This document shows positions 44,123 through 53,450 of a DNA stretch of 64,000 nucleotides, in pieces (position 1 is the stretch's first letter; the number at the start of each line of letters is the position of its first letter). The notes under the pieces were generated by a model. That model made no database searches. It had not been told where the DNA came from and saw nothing but the letters and a program-made list of their open reading frames with translations. The position numbers and the translations under genes were made by a program. Origin of the DNA: a virus. Where the stretch lies: positions 6,143 to 70,142 of IMG/VR virus record IMGVR_UViG_3300008113_000183; one strand, written 5' to 3'.

Positions 44123-44749
44123 TTACATGCCATTCCAAAGTTTTCTGGCAACAGGGTCTTCATATGCGGCTTCGCCTTGTTTTCTAGAAGCATTGTAGTT
44201 TGTGGCTTTTATTCTTTCTTTTTCAGCTTCTTCTTCTGGATCAATTAATTCTAGTCTAATATTTGTTGATTCAAGTCCATTAATGTTTTGTTTTACTTCT
44301 ATAATTTTTTCAGCTAAAGCTACTCTTTCAGCTAACTGAGAAAAAGTCATATTATCCAAATCTTCTGGTGAGTATGTGTTTATAGTAGCCAAAACAAAAG
44401 CTTTCATTAAACTTCTAACTTCACTAGCTATTTCTCTTTTTGAATCAAGTATTCTTTTTGCTACTTTAGCAGATTGAAAGCCCGAAGCATCGAGAACCTC
44501 TTGAGCTATAGATGAAACCATTCCAGCTGGAATTCTGTAAATATCAAAACCTTCTGGGTAAACAATTGTTTTTTTTAATATTTCATCTTCTGCGTCTGCG
44601 GAAGAATAACCTTGAGACTGACCCACTAAAGATATTTGATCAAACTCAGAAAAAGTTAACTCTCTAAATAACAAATCAGTCCCCTTTACATTAACTGCGT
44701 AAAGGGGACCGTATTGCTGTTTAAGTTCTAGGAGAACTTCATTATCCAT
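44123..44749 (-). CDS. Tail assembly chaperone-like protein (paralog 2, longer C-terminus)
   Basis: LKQQYGPLY...FRELTFSEF...QEVLDASGF; lies between tube genes and tape measure. Confidence 0.65.
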   Translation of the reverse strand: MDNEVLLELKQQYGPLYAVNVKGTDLLFRELTFSEFDQISLVGQSQGYSSADAEDEILKKTIVYPEGFDIYRIPAGMVSSIAQEVLDASGFQSAKVAKRILDSKREIASEVRSLMKAFVLATINTYSPEDLDNMTFSQLAERVALAEKIIEVKQNINGLESTNIRLELIDPEEEAEKERIKATNYNASRKQGEAAYEDPVARKLWNGM

Positions 44750-44752
44750 AAA

Positions 44753-45256
44753 TTATAACTGACGGACCTCTAGGGCAACAAAGCCAGAAGCTTCTAGGAT
44801 CTCTTGAGAGAGGAGCGATGGCAGACCAGCCATTTCATTGGAAAGAGCAATCTTGTCATATGCTGGGAACAGTAAGCAAATCTCTGTAATTGCTTCTTCG
44901 TTCCAAAGGTTGGCTTCAGCAGTTGACATCTGACCAGCTTGAACAAGTTGTTCCATTTTCTTTACAAGCTGCTTGTATTCGTTTCTATTAAGAGTTCTCC
45001 AAACAATGTGCTTATCAAATGTAATGGATGTAACATAAACATCTCCAAACATTGATTTCCATTGTTTAATTTGACCAGCTGTTGGACCGCCGTCCCAAAT
45101 TTGCTCATTATCATCAAGGTCTTCAACCGTCATACCTTGTTGATCATCAAAATCTGGCTCTTCATCTTCTAATGAAAGAACCTGATATTCATCTACTCCA
45201 AGTTCTTCTTTTGTAATTTCATCAGTAGTTACTACTACCTTCTTTTCACTTGACAT
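44753..45256 (-). CDS. Tail assembly chaperone-like protein (paralog 1)
   Basis: WKSMFGDVY...WRTLNRNEY...QEILEASGF; strong AGGAG RBS at 45263-45267. Confidence 0.7.
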   Translation of the reverse strand: MSSEKKVVVTTDEITKEELGVDEYQVLSLEDEEPDFDDQQGMTVEDLDDNEQIWDGGPTAGQIKQWKSMFGDVYVTSITFDKHIVWRTLNRNEYKQLVKKMEQLVQAGQMSTAEANLWNEEAITEICLLFPAYDKIALSNEMAGLPSLLSQEILEASGFVALEVRQL

Positions 45257-45291
45257 TTTTTTCTCCTTTTGCGCATTGGATTATTACGCTA

Positions 45292-45302
45292 ATTATATCA
45301 CA
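45292..45302 (-). promoter_or_regulatory. Extended -10 promoter (TGTGATATAAT)
   Basis: Perfect TGnTATAAT in the intergenic gap about 35 nt upstream of the chaperone ATG. Confidence 0.6.
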
Positions 45303-45323
45303 TTTTTATTGTTAAAAAAACAA

Positions 45324-46358
45324 TTAAGCGATGTATTCGCCATTATTAAAGGTAACGCCTGTAGTAACCGTTTCGGTTGTAACAGGTTGAATCGTGTACT
45401 CTTTTTCAGTTTCATCTGGAACAGTTACGCGTTGACCAGTTGCGGCATTATCTCCGACTTTTGCATCTGTAAAATACATATCTCTAGCTATAAATTGATA
45501 GTTCTCGACTAGTGGTTGACCACCACTTGTATAGGAAGTTGTCATGGACATTAAGTTAATGTTCTGAAGAACTAATTTCATAGGAGATGATTTAGAAAGA
45601 TCAGTTAAAGTTTTACGTTCATTATAGTCAGTTGACAAAATTCTATCTGAATTTAATTGTCTATTTATACTTGATGCAGAATCGTATGTAACTACTTTAT
45701 TATTTGTTATTGCGACTTCTTCTGTCCCGTAAAAAACTACTAAATTAAATGGTGGATGGGCACTAAATATATTATGACCTGCCCCTTGGTTTTCTACTAG
45801 TGATCTAGCCATTGGATCGGAAGTAACTCTGTCTAATTCTGAATTAAGCCAATATTTTTGAATATTTATTTCATCGTCTTTTCTAGCCTGATCAGTTACG
45901 CTTCCTAGCGTACTCATAACGGCCGAAGAAGGGTTGGAGCTAGAGCTTTCCATTCTAACTCTAGCAGCTTCCTCTAAAAGATCTGTCATTCTTCTTGGGT
46001 ATCTAGAATATACGGAAAGTTCTCCGGTAATTAACCTAGTTCCCATCATCACCGCATCATAGTTATATGACCAAAATCCGTATAACGGTTGCTTTTCCTG
46101 TTTAATAACAAAAGCCATTGACGCAATATCCATCTCATATTTTTCATCAAAGAGACCATCAATATAAACTTTTACATCTTCTCCAGAGAAAAAATAATCA
46201 AAATAACTATTAAATTTTTCGTCTGTCCTTGTTCCGCCCCATTCAAGATCTATTGCTTGATTTATGGGATCAAAGAAGTTGTCACCTTCTTTTAAGTTTC
46301 TTGGCATATATGCCGTAAACGGTCTATATGGAGCCCTATTGTATGATCTTTCTGACAT
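45324..46358 (-). CDS. Tail tube-like paralog (tube initiator/baseplate-proximal candidate)
   Basis: FFSGEDVKVY...KQEKQPLYGFWS...GTRLITGEL aligns with the tube motif of 47166..47855. Confidence 0.6.
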   Translation of the reverse strand: MSERSYNRAPYRPFTAYMPRNLKEGDNFFDPINQAIDLEWGGTRTDEKFNSYFDYFFSGEDVKVYIDGLFDEKYEMDIASMAFVIKQEKQPLYGFWSYNYDAVMMGTRLITGELSVYSRYPRRMTDLLEEAARVRMESSSSNPSSAVMSTLGSVTDQARKDDEINIQKYWLNSELDRVTSDPMARSLVENQGAGHNIFSAHPPFNLVVFYGTEEVAITNNKVVTYDSASSINRQLNSDRILSTDYNERKTLTDLSKSSPMKLVLQNINLMSMTTSYTSGGQPLVENYQFIARDMYFTDAKVGDNAATGQRVTVPDETEKEYTIQPVTTETVTTGVTFNNGEYIA

Positions 46359-47084
46359 TTAATTAGCTACCCTTGAATTGATAAAGTTCTTATATAATTC
46401 TACTCTATCACCAAAAAAGTTTGTTGATATATCTAAAGCTTGTTTTGCTAAATCATCTGGATTATTTGAATAAATATTTCTATCTTCTGCTGGATCCAAA
46501 TGTATCAGTGGCTGCAGGCCTCTGGCCATATAAGTGTACGTTTGCTCGGTAATAAGGTCGTCAACTGACATGGTTTGACCTTCGTCAACTATAGTAACTC
46601 CATATATTTTCATCTTAGCAGCTAAACCATACTCGTTGAAAAATGTTAGAACAATATCAAAAGGGGGAAGCATATCTGCAAGCGGTGCATAATTTTTTTC
46701 AAGAAGTGCTTTTTTAAAAGCTTTAATTCTATAAAATGCGTATTCGTTAAAAACTGTAAATATTAAAGATCCAGCAATAGTTCTAGATCCTTTTACAAAT
46801 CCCCTAGGATTAACGTGTCCCAAAGTTCTAACAGGAGTATTCTCTCTGTGTGCAGAATAAGATATTGTCTGTAGCTCTCCTAGTTCGATGAAGTCTCCAT
46901 CGTCGCTTGAAGTTTGGTCTCCTATTCTAGGTAAAACCATTGTTGCCTGGATGTCCACGCCAGCAAAAGACATGTTTGAAAATGGATCTGGAAGACCCTT
47001 TTCTCTTCTAACCGACTCAACTTGATTGGCATAGTCGACTACTTTTCTTTGTTCTATTTTAAGTTTTTCAATATCTTTGTACAT
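46359..47084 (-). CDS. Tail tube-like paralog
   Basis: SFAGVDIQAT...ISYSAHRENTPVRTLG...GSRTIAGSLIFTVF...PPFDI...NEYG is clearly homologous to the upstream tube gene. Confidence 0.7.
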   Translation of the reverse strand: MYKDIEKLKIEQRKVVDYANQVESVRREKGLPDPFSNMSFAGVDIQATMVLPRIGDQTSSDDGDFIELGELQTISYSAHRENTPVRTLGHVNPRGFVKGSRTIAGSLIFTVFNEYAFYRIKAFKKALLEKNYAPLADMLPPFDIVLTFFNEYGLAAKMKIYGVTIVDEGQTMSVDDLITEQTYTYMARGLQPLIHLDPAEDRNIYSNNPDDLAKQALDISTNFFGDRVELYKNFINSRVAN

Positions 47085-47095
47085 TTTGCTCCGAT

Positions 47096-47140
47096 AAAAA
47101 ATAAAGCGTGGAGGACAAACTAGTCACCCTCCACGCTTTA
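47096..47140 (-). terminator. Rho-independent terminator after the major tail tube gene
   Basis: 13-bp stem TAAAGCGTGGAGG/CCTCCACGCTTTA followed by TTTTTT on the minus strand. Confidence 0.85.
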
Positions 47141-47165
47141 GATATTAAGACTTAACCTTAAGAAA

Positions 47166-47855
47166 TTATGGTCTAATTATTTCTGAGTTTAGACCACTCG
47201 AGGTTACTGCGTCCTTTGAAATGATGTCAGACAAGCTACCACCGAATCTGCTCAACTGTGAGTTGGAGATGGTGTACATCGGACCAATTTCGCGAGCAAC
47301 GTAGGTCATTGTCTCTTCAATGACGATGTCGTCCATTGAAGCGCCAGAACCTTCGTTAAGAAGCTCAACGCCGTAGATTGATCTTACTGCGCCTTGACCA
47401 TATTCGTTGACAAAAGTAATTGTAATGTCAAATGGTGGAATTTGGTCTGCGTAGTAAGGAACCTTACTTACAACGTCTCTTGTTTGGTCGTCAAACTCAG
47501 CAATGCCTCTTCTGTGTGAAGGATCACCTGGAAGTGTATTGCTTGATCTTGTCCAGAACTTCATATCTTGAGATGTGCCGTGATGAGTCTCAAGCATTGT
47601 GTAAAGAGCTGGGCGGTCAAAGACTGTGAAAATCAATGAACCAGCGATACCTCTTTTACCTCTGGAGAATGACCTTGGGTTTGGTGAACCCATGGTGTAA
47701 ATTGGTGCTTTTTCTCTTGTAACCGAGAAAGTGATACCCGAAAGTGCTCCAATCTCCTTACCGCCAAAAGTGGCAACAATGTCTGCTCCGGAGAAAGTGG
47801 TGTAAGTATTAAGGTATTTATTAACCGGTGAATCGTAGTACTCGCCTGTAGGCAT
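47166..47855 (-). CDS. Major tail tube protein
   Basis: Follows the sheath gene; GGAGG RBS; high-expression codon bias; followed by a terminator; motif FSGADI...TREKAPIYTMG...GKRGIAGSLIF. Confidence 0.75.
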   Translation of the reverse strand: MPTGEYYDSPVNKYLNTYTTFSGADIVATFGGKEIGALSGITFSVTREKAPIYTMGSPNPRSFSRGKRGIAGSLIFTVFDRPALYTMLETHHGTSQDMKFWTRSSNTLPGDPSHRRGIAEFDDQTRDVVSKVPYYADQIPPFDITITFVNEYGQGAVRSIYGVELLNEGSGASMDDIVIEETMTYVAREIGPMYTISNSQLSRFGGSLSDIISKDAVTSSGLNSEIIRP

Positions 47856-47883
47856 CTGCGTACCCTCCTATTTCGTGTAGATA

Positions 47884-49170
47884 TTATAGATTAACTGCTA
47901 TTTGAACTTCAATTGACTTAAGTTCAAAGGCTGGTGTCAGCACTAAGTCAACTAGAGCCTTATTCTCGGTTGGGATGTAACTTACAGTAAAATCACTGTC
48001 GAGAAGAGCTCCAAGCTGCTGCATGCCACGTAGACCCGAAGTAATAGCTGTTTCCATCGAGTTACGAACTTGCATTGTAGAAGGTTCACCAATAAACTTC
48101 TGACATACCTGACGGACTACAAGTGAGGCCTCGTTAATAATTCTTGAGGTTGAAATTCTGTTGTAGTCTGAGGTTGCAGGAGCAAAGGTCATGCCTTCTG
48201 CATATACTGGAATCTTATTGAAGTTAAGAACAATTGCATTCACACCCTTGTCGGCAACGCCGGTTGCCTGATCGTTTGAAAGCTGTGTTCTAGTTGGGTT
48301 GTAACGAAGTCTTGTTACGTTGAATACTGTCTTGTTAACTGGGCTAACATAAGAAGCCATTCTGCTAATAGAAGCTGCAAAAGTTGTTGCGCCATTAGCG
48401 TATCCAAAATCGCTGAAGTTCTCTGAGCTATAGTTAACTGGCTTTACTTCAGCTGCAATAACAAGAACATATCTGCCAATTCCACCCCATGTGTAGGAGG
48501 AACCGCTTGTAGCATCCTTGTTTGGAAGACGAGTAAGGGTCAAGTGTGAAGAAACATTTCCTGGTGTCATAACTTCTGCTGTTGCAGGAGTTGCGCCAGA
48601 GCCAATCCATGGTCTAATACCCATGACTGCAACACATGGATTTGTGTTTTCGCTAATTGCCTTGACCTTGTTTGCTACTTTGTATGCCCAGTTATTTGCA
48701 ACTGTAACTGTATTGTCAGCATGGAAGCCATACTCTACGTCATCGCTCGGTGTTGCTGGATCTTGCCAGTCTGAGGTAACTCCACCTCTACCCCAAGGGA
48801 CAATGATGTCTGGCATCGATACTTCTGCTGCAGCAAAGGCGTCGTCAAAAACGTCTGAACCACCAGAGGTAACTGTACCATTGGTATGATTGAAGCTAGT
48901 GTTGCTTGGGAGAGGAACCATAAAGATTCTATCTGCGCCTGCAGCAACTAGTTCTTTGTAAGCTTTGTGTAGCTGTGAGCCTTCACCAAAAGCAGTAATA
49001 ACATCTGCTTCTTTTGTGACCTGAACTACGTCCAGGTCTGCTACGTTACCCGTGCCATCAGCAGTATTACGTGTGCCGATTACACAGATTCTTGGACCGA
49101 CAGGGGAATCCTGTCTTGAGATGCTATAGAAGCGATCTTTTACTATTGTTTTAACGCCAGGTAGAGCCAT
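47884..49170 (-). CDS. Tail sheath protein (compact, 428 aa)
   Basis: N-terminal LPGVKT, FGEGSQL...AAGA, and a C-terminal sheath-type domain (RISTSRII...FIGEP...LVLTPAFELKSIEV); GGAGG RBS. Confidence 0.85.
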   Translation of the reverse strand: MALPGVKTIVKDRFYSISRQDSPVGPRICVIGTRNTADGTGNVADLDVVQVTKEADVITAFGEGSQLHKAYKELVAAGADRIFMVPLPSNTSFNHTNGTVTSGGSDVFDDAFAAAEVSMPDIIVPWGRGGVTSDWQDPATPSDDVEYGFHADNTVTVANNWAYKVANKVKAISENTNPCVAVMGIRPWIGSGATPATAEVMTPGNVSSHLTLTRLPNKDATSGSSYTWGGIGRYVLVIAAEVKPVNYSSENFSDFGYANGATTFAASISRMASYVSPVNKTVFNVTRLRYNPTRTQLSNDQATGVADKGVNAIVLNFNKIPVYAEGMTFAPATSDYNRISTSRIINEASLVVRQVCQKFIGEPSTMQVRNSMETAITSGLRGMQQLGALLDSDFTVSYIPTENKALVDLVLTPAFELKSIEVQIAVNL

Positions 49171-49220
49171 TGAATTTTAAACCTCCGGTTTGCAGTCTTT
49201 TGTAGGTCTAGTCTTAATGT

Positions 49221-49229
49221 ATAGTAACG
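49221..49229 (-). promoter_or_regulatory. Candidate late promoter motif CGTTACTAT
   Basis: The same 9-mer lies in the intergenic gap at 63221-63229; a variant GTACTAT is at 52753-52759. Confidence 0.45.
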
Positions 49230-49235
49230 AACAAC

Positions 49236-49793
49236 CTATAAAAACATATAGGTAACAGTTCTTTTAACTATATCTGTATTTCCTTTGTTCTCTTCTGCGT
49301 CTGCTAGCCTTCTTGCATACACAAATTCTGAAGCTCCCAATCTTTTAAAAACCGGAGTATACTCCAACATAAAATCTTCAAATATCTCAGCTAGAGAATC
49401 AGCGACTTCAGCTCCATCATATCTAGATTCTGGAGTCTTAGTGGCTCCTCCCATGACCTTTGTAGTTATGGTAAAGGAAACAACGTTTTGAAATCTTTGC
49501 CCAAAAACCATCATGTCATTTTCGACAACGTGTCTGCTTCTAGGCTTTGGCTCAACAGAGTGAGCCTTTCTAAGCTCTAATCCATATACAATACATGGAT
49601 AGGTTGAATATTGTGCCGGCTGAGTTGGAACAACTGGAATGTCCGGATGAAGATTTTCCCACAAAAGTTTAACCACTGAAACAAATTCAAGGTAAGTTAA
49701 ATTACCAGCTGCTTGTAGTGGTGGACCAAATGTTCTATTATTTGCCACCTCATTGAGAGCTGGTAGTGGAAATCCAAATGCATTCTGTGCCAT
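49236..49793 (-). CDS. Tail completion/terminator-like protein
   Basis: 185 aa immediately upstream of the sheath gene; alpha/beta pattern YPCIVY...QRFQNVVSF...AEIFEDFM. Confidence 0.5.
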   Translation of the reverse strand: MAQNAFGFPLPALNEVANNRTFGPPLQAAGNLTYLEFVSVVKLLWENLHPDIPVVPTQPAQYSTYPCIVYGLELRKAHSVEPKPRSRHVVENDMMVFGQRFQNVVSFTITTKVMGGATKTPESRYDGAEVADSLAEIFEDFMLEYTPVFKRLGASEFVYARRLADAEENKGNTDIVKRTVTYMFL

Positions 49794-49794
49794 A

Positions 49795-51450
49795 TTATGC
49801 TGCCTTGCCTGATGATATACTAAAAGAAAGTTTCTTTAAACCCAAAGAAGAAATTACGCTAATATCAAAGTACAACTTTCCCATAACCTCCTGATCACTA
49901 TAAGCGTCAAAGGTGTAGTCTGAAATAATATTATTACTTTTAAGGAAAGATAATAACTGCCTTACGTCTTCGACAGCTTTTTGTGAAGAAAATTTACTAA
50001 TATTGTTATTTGATAATGCTCTAATTTCATTTATCAACATTGCACATAGTCTTATTTGTGGAAGTTTTCTATAATTAGAGGTTGAATGCGCCATTGTATT
50101 ATCATTAGTTAGGTAAATCTGATAAGTGTTACCTCGTCTAGTTTTAGAATTTCTAGTAAAGGTATTTACGCCAATGCTGTCCAATCTATCTACTTGAGAT
50201 TGATTTAAAGATATTCCGCTTAGACCAAAGACTGATGGCATTCTTTTTCTTATTAAGCTTTGATTAACTGGATTTGAAGATATCATACCAGCTACAGTGG
50301 CGGCTCCTGATGCAACATACGTCCTGTTTAAGAAATTGTGATTTATGATCAATTCTCCATATACTGGAACAATAAATCTTCCCATATCTCCAATTATTTG
50401 ATTTTGAGAATCAAACATTGTGTATTTATTTTGGAAAATATTTTTAGCCTCTAAAGTTTGTATATCTTGTTCTGAGATTCCATTACTTCTACTGCCTATT
50501 ACGCCTATTTGAATCATTCCACTTTTATCATGAAAGTCTTGGCAGTACATTCCTAGTTGAGTGACAAAATCTATAGATCCAGTATTTAATATACTCGTCT
50601 CCAATGGAACAATTATATCTATATAATCATAGTCTTTAATTATATGGTATGTAACTTCTAATCTAGACCAATATCTTTGGTAAAAGTTATAATTTACCGG
50701 AGTTGCATCATTCATTGAATAAAACGGTTGAGCTGCATTTCTAGTGGTTACACCTTCTATGTACTCGCTCATAGGAGCAGCTGCACAAATATAAATATCT
50801 CTTGCTCCTGCAGCGTACGCGTCAAAAACCCCTCTTAACAAAGGAGAATCTGTGTTAGCTTTTAATAAGTCTATTGCTTCTTGGATAGAAGATATCCTTA
50901 TTATATTATTTAAAGTTATACCATCTGCGTGGCCTATTAATAAAACTGAGTTTGTTTTATATTGATCTAATGTTTCATAAGCTGGAACAAAGGACTGAGT
51001 AATGTCTCTTTGCCCAGATGCATACTGAGAGGATATTGAGGCTGTAGATTGAGGAATTTGAAACTGAGCTATATATTGAATTATGCTAGCGTCAGAATAA
51101 GTTGTAGCTATTACCGAGTAACTTCCCGGAAATAAGTCTTCTGCAACAGTGTAATAGAAAGAAAATTTTGTTGCGTTTACTGAAGATATATTTTGTCCTG
51201 GAATGTCTCCAAAGTTTCCATAATATACAGTATTATCTACTGTCTTTTCGATATAGTTTCCGCTAGGTGTTGCATCCTGAAAAAGGTAGGAGTATGGCCC
51301 ATCAATTACGCTTCCAGAACCTGCATCACCTCTGTATACAGAGACTAAAACATCTGACGGAGTTGCCCCATCTGTTGGATCATAAAAAGTATTGTTCTGA
51401 CTAAATATAAACTCAAAAGTGCCAGTTTGACCGGGAGATAAAACTATCAT
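49795..51450 (-). CDS. Sheath-like paralog with an N-terminal Ig-like domain
   Basis: VLLIGHADG...SPLLRGVFDAYAAGARDIYI aligns with the sheath segment ICVIGTR...SQLHKAYKELVAAGADRIF; sheath-like C-terminus. Confidence 0.6.
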   Translation of the reverse strand: MIVLSPGQTGTFEFIFSQNNTFYDPTDGATPSDVLVSVYRGDAGSGSVIDGPYSYLFQDATPSGNYIEKTVDNTVYYGNFGDIPGQNISSVNATKFSFYYTVAEDLFPGSYSVIATTYSDASIIQYIAQFQIPQSTASISSQYASGQRDITQSFVPAYETLDQYKTNSVLLIGHADGITLNNIIRISSIQEAIDLLKANTDSPLLRGVFDAYAAGARDIYICAAAPMSEYIEGVTTRNAAQPFYSMNDATPVNYNFYQRYWSRLEVTYHIIKDYDYIDIIVPLETSILNTGSIDFVTQLGMYCQDFHDKSGMIQIGVIGSRSNGISEQDIQTLEAKNIFQNKYTMFDSQNQIIGDMGRFIVPVYGELIINHNFLNRTYVASGAATVAGMISSNPVNQSLIRKRMPSVFGLSGISLNQSQVDRLDSIGVNTFTRNSKTRRGNTYQIYLTNDNTMAHSTSNYRKLPQIRLCAMLINEIRALSNNNISKFSSQKAVEDVRQLLSFLKSNNIISDYTFDAYSDQEVMGKLYFDISVISSLGLKKLSFSISSGKAA

Positions 51451-51827
51451 CAGCTAGGCCTTTCTCTGGTTGCTCCAACTATCCAGTATACTATTTTTCC
51501 CATTCTACCTCTTGCTGGAGCGGCAAAATCTATTAAGTAAATATTTGGGTCATTGACATTTGCTGGAGATTCTTCATATATTCTATCTCCTTGTTTTGGA
51601 TTTACTTCTGACTCAAAATAAAAGATAAGATCGACAGTTGTATTTACGCCTTCATTATCTTCTTTTTGAGCTTGAGCTAAAACTTCAGAGGAGGGAAAGA
51701 AATGCCTTGTTGTTATTCTTTCAAAGTTAACTGAATACAAAAAATCATCAGACACTCTTCTTTGCAGAAGGATATCGTGGCCATATTCTCTTAATATTTT
51801 TCTAAAAGCTTTTTTTGGATCAATCAT
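51450..51827 (-). CDS. Head-closure/neck protein
   Basis: Likely start MIDPKKAF overlapping the upstream stop; ILREYGHDILL...FYFE...PKQGDRIYE pattern typical of head-tail connectors. Confidence 0.55.
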   Translation of the reverse strand: MIDPKKAFRKILREYGHDILLQRRVSDDFLYSVNFERITTRHFFPSSEVLAQAQKEDNEGVNTTVDLIFYFESEVNPKQGDRIYEESPANVNDPNIYLIDFAAPARGRMGKIVYWIVGATRERPS

Positions 51828-52722
51828 ACTTCTTAAATTTTCTATCTGGCATTGGGTCATCCGGATCCGTAGGAGTTGTTCTACCAGGGCCATAAAGCTC
51901 TTTGTCCGACAAATAAACTAGTTTGCCAGTATCGGGATCAAGTGTTTTGTATGTTGAGTGGATCTTTTTATTAGGCAAACCTTTTGGAATAACGGCTCTC
52001 ATTCCAACTCTAGATGCCATTAGTTCTTTTCTTAAAGCTGCTGCTATTTGACACCAAGTTGTTGCATTGCCTCTGTTGATTGAATTTCTTGGATTAGACC
52101 TATTTGTTATAGATAGGTCAGCTAGCTTCAAGGAAAGTTCATCGTCCCCCCCAAAACCATATGTTCTGCTTAGTTCACAGCATGCTGAGGCTTTTATATA
52201 TTCAGCTGCAGTAAAACTAATTCCAGATCCTGTTTCTGTATCTTGAAGGTTAAAGATTTCCTTCATCTCAAGAGAATAATGGTGAATCAATTCTCCTATT
52301 TCAAGGAGTGATGCATCTGGGAAAAAAGAAAGAAGTTCTTCTGGATCAATGTATAGTGGATCAATATCTGGCGCAAATATTATTGTTTCGTCAGATTTAA
52401 GAGTTACAGTTGGCCTGTAGTCGGAATCTGCGTCACTTACGTAAAGATTTTGATTAACTACTATCTGAGTAGTATCAGGCATGATGCCGTTGAAGGTGAC
52501 CGTATACTGACCTGCTGTTGAAGGAGTAAAGTCATAATAATATTCAGATGAATTTATAGCAGTTGCAAAGGCATTAGTCACAACGTCTTGGCCATCAGCT
52601 TTTTCAATATTAACTAAAACTGACGATGGAGATACTGATTCCTGCTCTCCTGTAACTGGATCAACATCAACAAATTTAACTTTAATTCTTACTGTGTCGT
52701 TGACCAATACTGAACTAGACAT
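51820..52722 (-). CDS. Head-tail adaptor/neck protein with an N-terminal Ig-like domain
   Basis: YYYDFTPSTAGQYTVTF Ig-like strands followed by a helical adaptor-like part; GGAG RBS. Confidence 0.55.
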   Translation of the reverse strand: MSSSVLVNDTVRIKVKFVDVDPVTGEQESVSPSSVLVNIEKADGQDVVTNAFATAINSSEYYYDFTPSTAGQYTVTFNGIMPDTTQIVVNQNLYVSDADSDYRPTVTLKSDETIIFAPDIDPLYIDPEELLSFFPDASLLEIGELIHHYSLEMKEIFNLQDTETGSGISFTAAEYIKASACCELSRTYGFGGDDELSLKLADLSITNRSNPRNSINRGNATTWCQIAAALRKELMASRVGMRAVIPKGLPNKKIHSTYKTLDPDTGKLVYLSDKELYGPGRTTPTDPDDPMPDRKFKKYD

Positions 52723-52775
52723 TTTATCTCCATTTAACTAAAACTATATACAATAGTACTTATTTCTAAGAATTA

Positions 52776-53138
52776 CTAAGCAAGAGCCTGCTCAGCGGTT
52801 GCAGTTGTGGATACAATCGCAATCCTTATTGTGCTTCCTTCTTCTAGGGTTGTTATCTCATTTGAAATACTGCCAGATTTAACTATATAAACAGTTGATG
52901 ATTGTGCCATTGAATATGCTTGCTGCTCGGTCACCTCAAGGGTAATTGAGCCTGTTTTTACTGAGGATATAGTTGCAATACCTATTGTCGATAAATTGTT
53001 AAAATCTAACTCATCACCTATGTATACTGCTATAGATGGGGGCAGTAAATTGATGGAAAAACCTGGCACAGATAGAGTCAATGTACCCTGGTAAGAAACT
53101 CCACTCTGACTGTATCCAACAAGATCATTGTAAAGCAT
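52776..53138 (-). CDS. Hypothetical virion protein
   Basis: 120-aa Ser/Thr-rich ORF on the coding strand. Confidence 0.5.
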   Translation of the reverse strand: MLYNDLVGYSQSGVSYQGTLTLSVPGFSINLLPPSIAVYIGDELDFNNLSTIGIATISSVKTGSITLEVTEQQAYSMAQSSTVYIVKSGSISNEITTLEEGSTIRIAIVSTTATAEQALA

Positions 53139-53147
53139 TATTACCCC

Positions 53148-53450
53148 TTATATAAAGTGTTTTATAATAGATGCTGATGCAAGAATTACCCAGCATACGT
53201 TAAATAGTATTATAGTTGGCAGAGTTTTAACTGTTGAAGACCAAATTAAAGCGATACTTGAAATGATTGCAAATATGTATAACCACCACCATTGTTGACC
53301 TAATAGTAATCCTGGAAATATAATTGCTATTTTAGTAGCAAAACCCCAAGCCTCTACAGTATTTGCTTTGTCCCAATAAGACTTAGTGGACATTGCTTTT
53401 ACTGCTGATTGTATTTTTTTAAAAAATAAAACTATATTCTTAATCATCAA
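53148..53450 (-). CDS. Small membrane protein
   Basis: About three hydrophobic segments with WWW; overlaps the upstream stop. Confidence 0.6.
   Translation of the reverse strand: MMIKNIVLFFKKIQSAVKAMSTKSYWDKANTVEAWGFATKIAIIFPGLLLGQQWWWLYIFAIISSIALIWSSTVKTLPTIILFNVCWVILASASIIKHFI

Noticed and set aside
49171-49250. Possible read-through or slippage at ATG TTT TTA TAG ending the 185-aa gene
   Set aside because: No alternative frame gives a convincing extension or a fusion to the sheath, and the gap holds a promoter-like motif and an RBS. A truncation cannot be judged without homologs.
51828-51893. N-terminal extension of the 147-aa ORF
   Set aside because: It overlaps the upstream gene by more than 70 nt; the ATG at 51827 next to the upstream stop is more plausible.
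53148-53450. Calling the small membrane protein a holin
   Set aside because: There is no adjacent endolysin and no family-specific motif; hydrophobicity alone is not enough.
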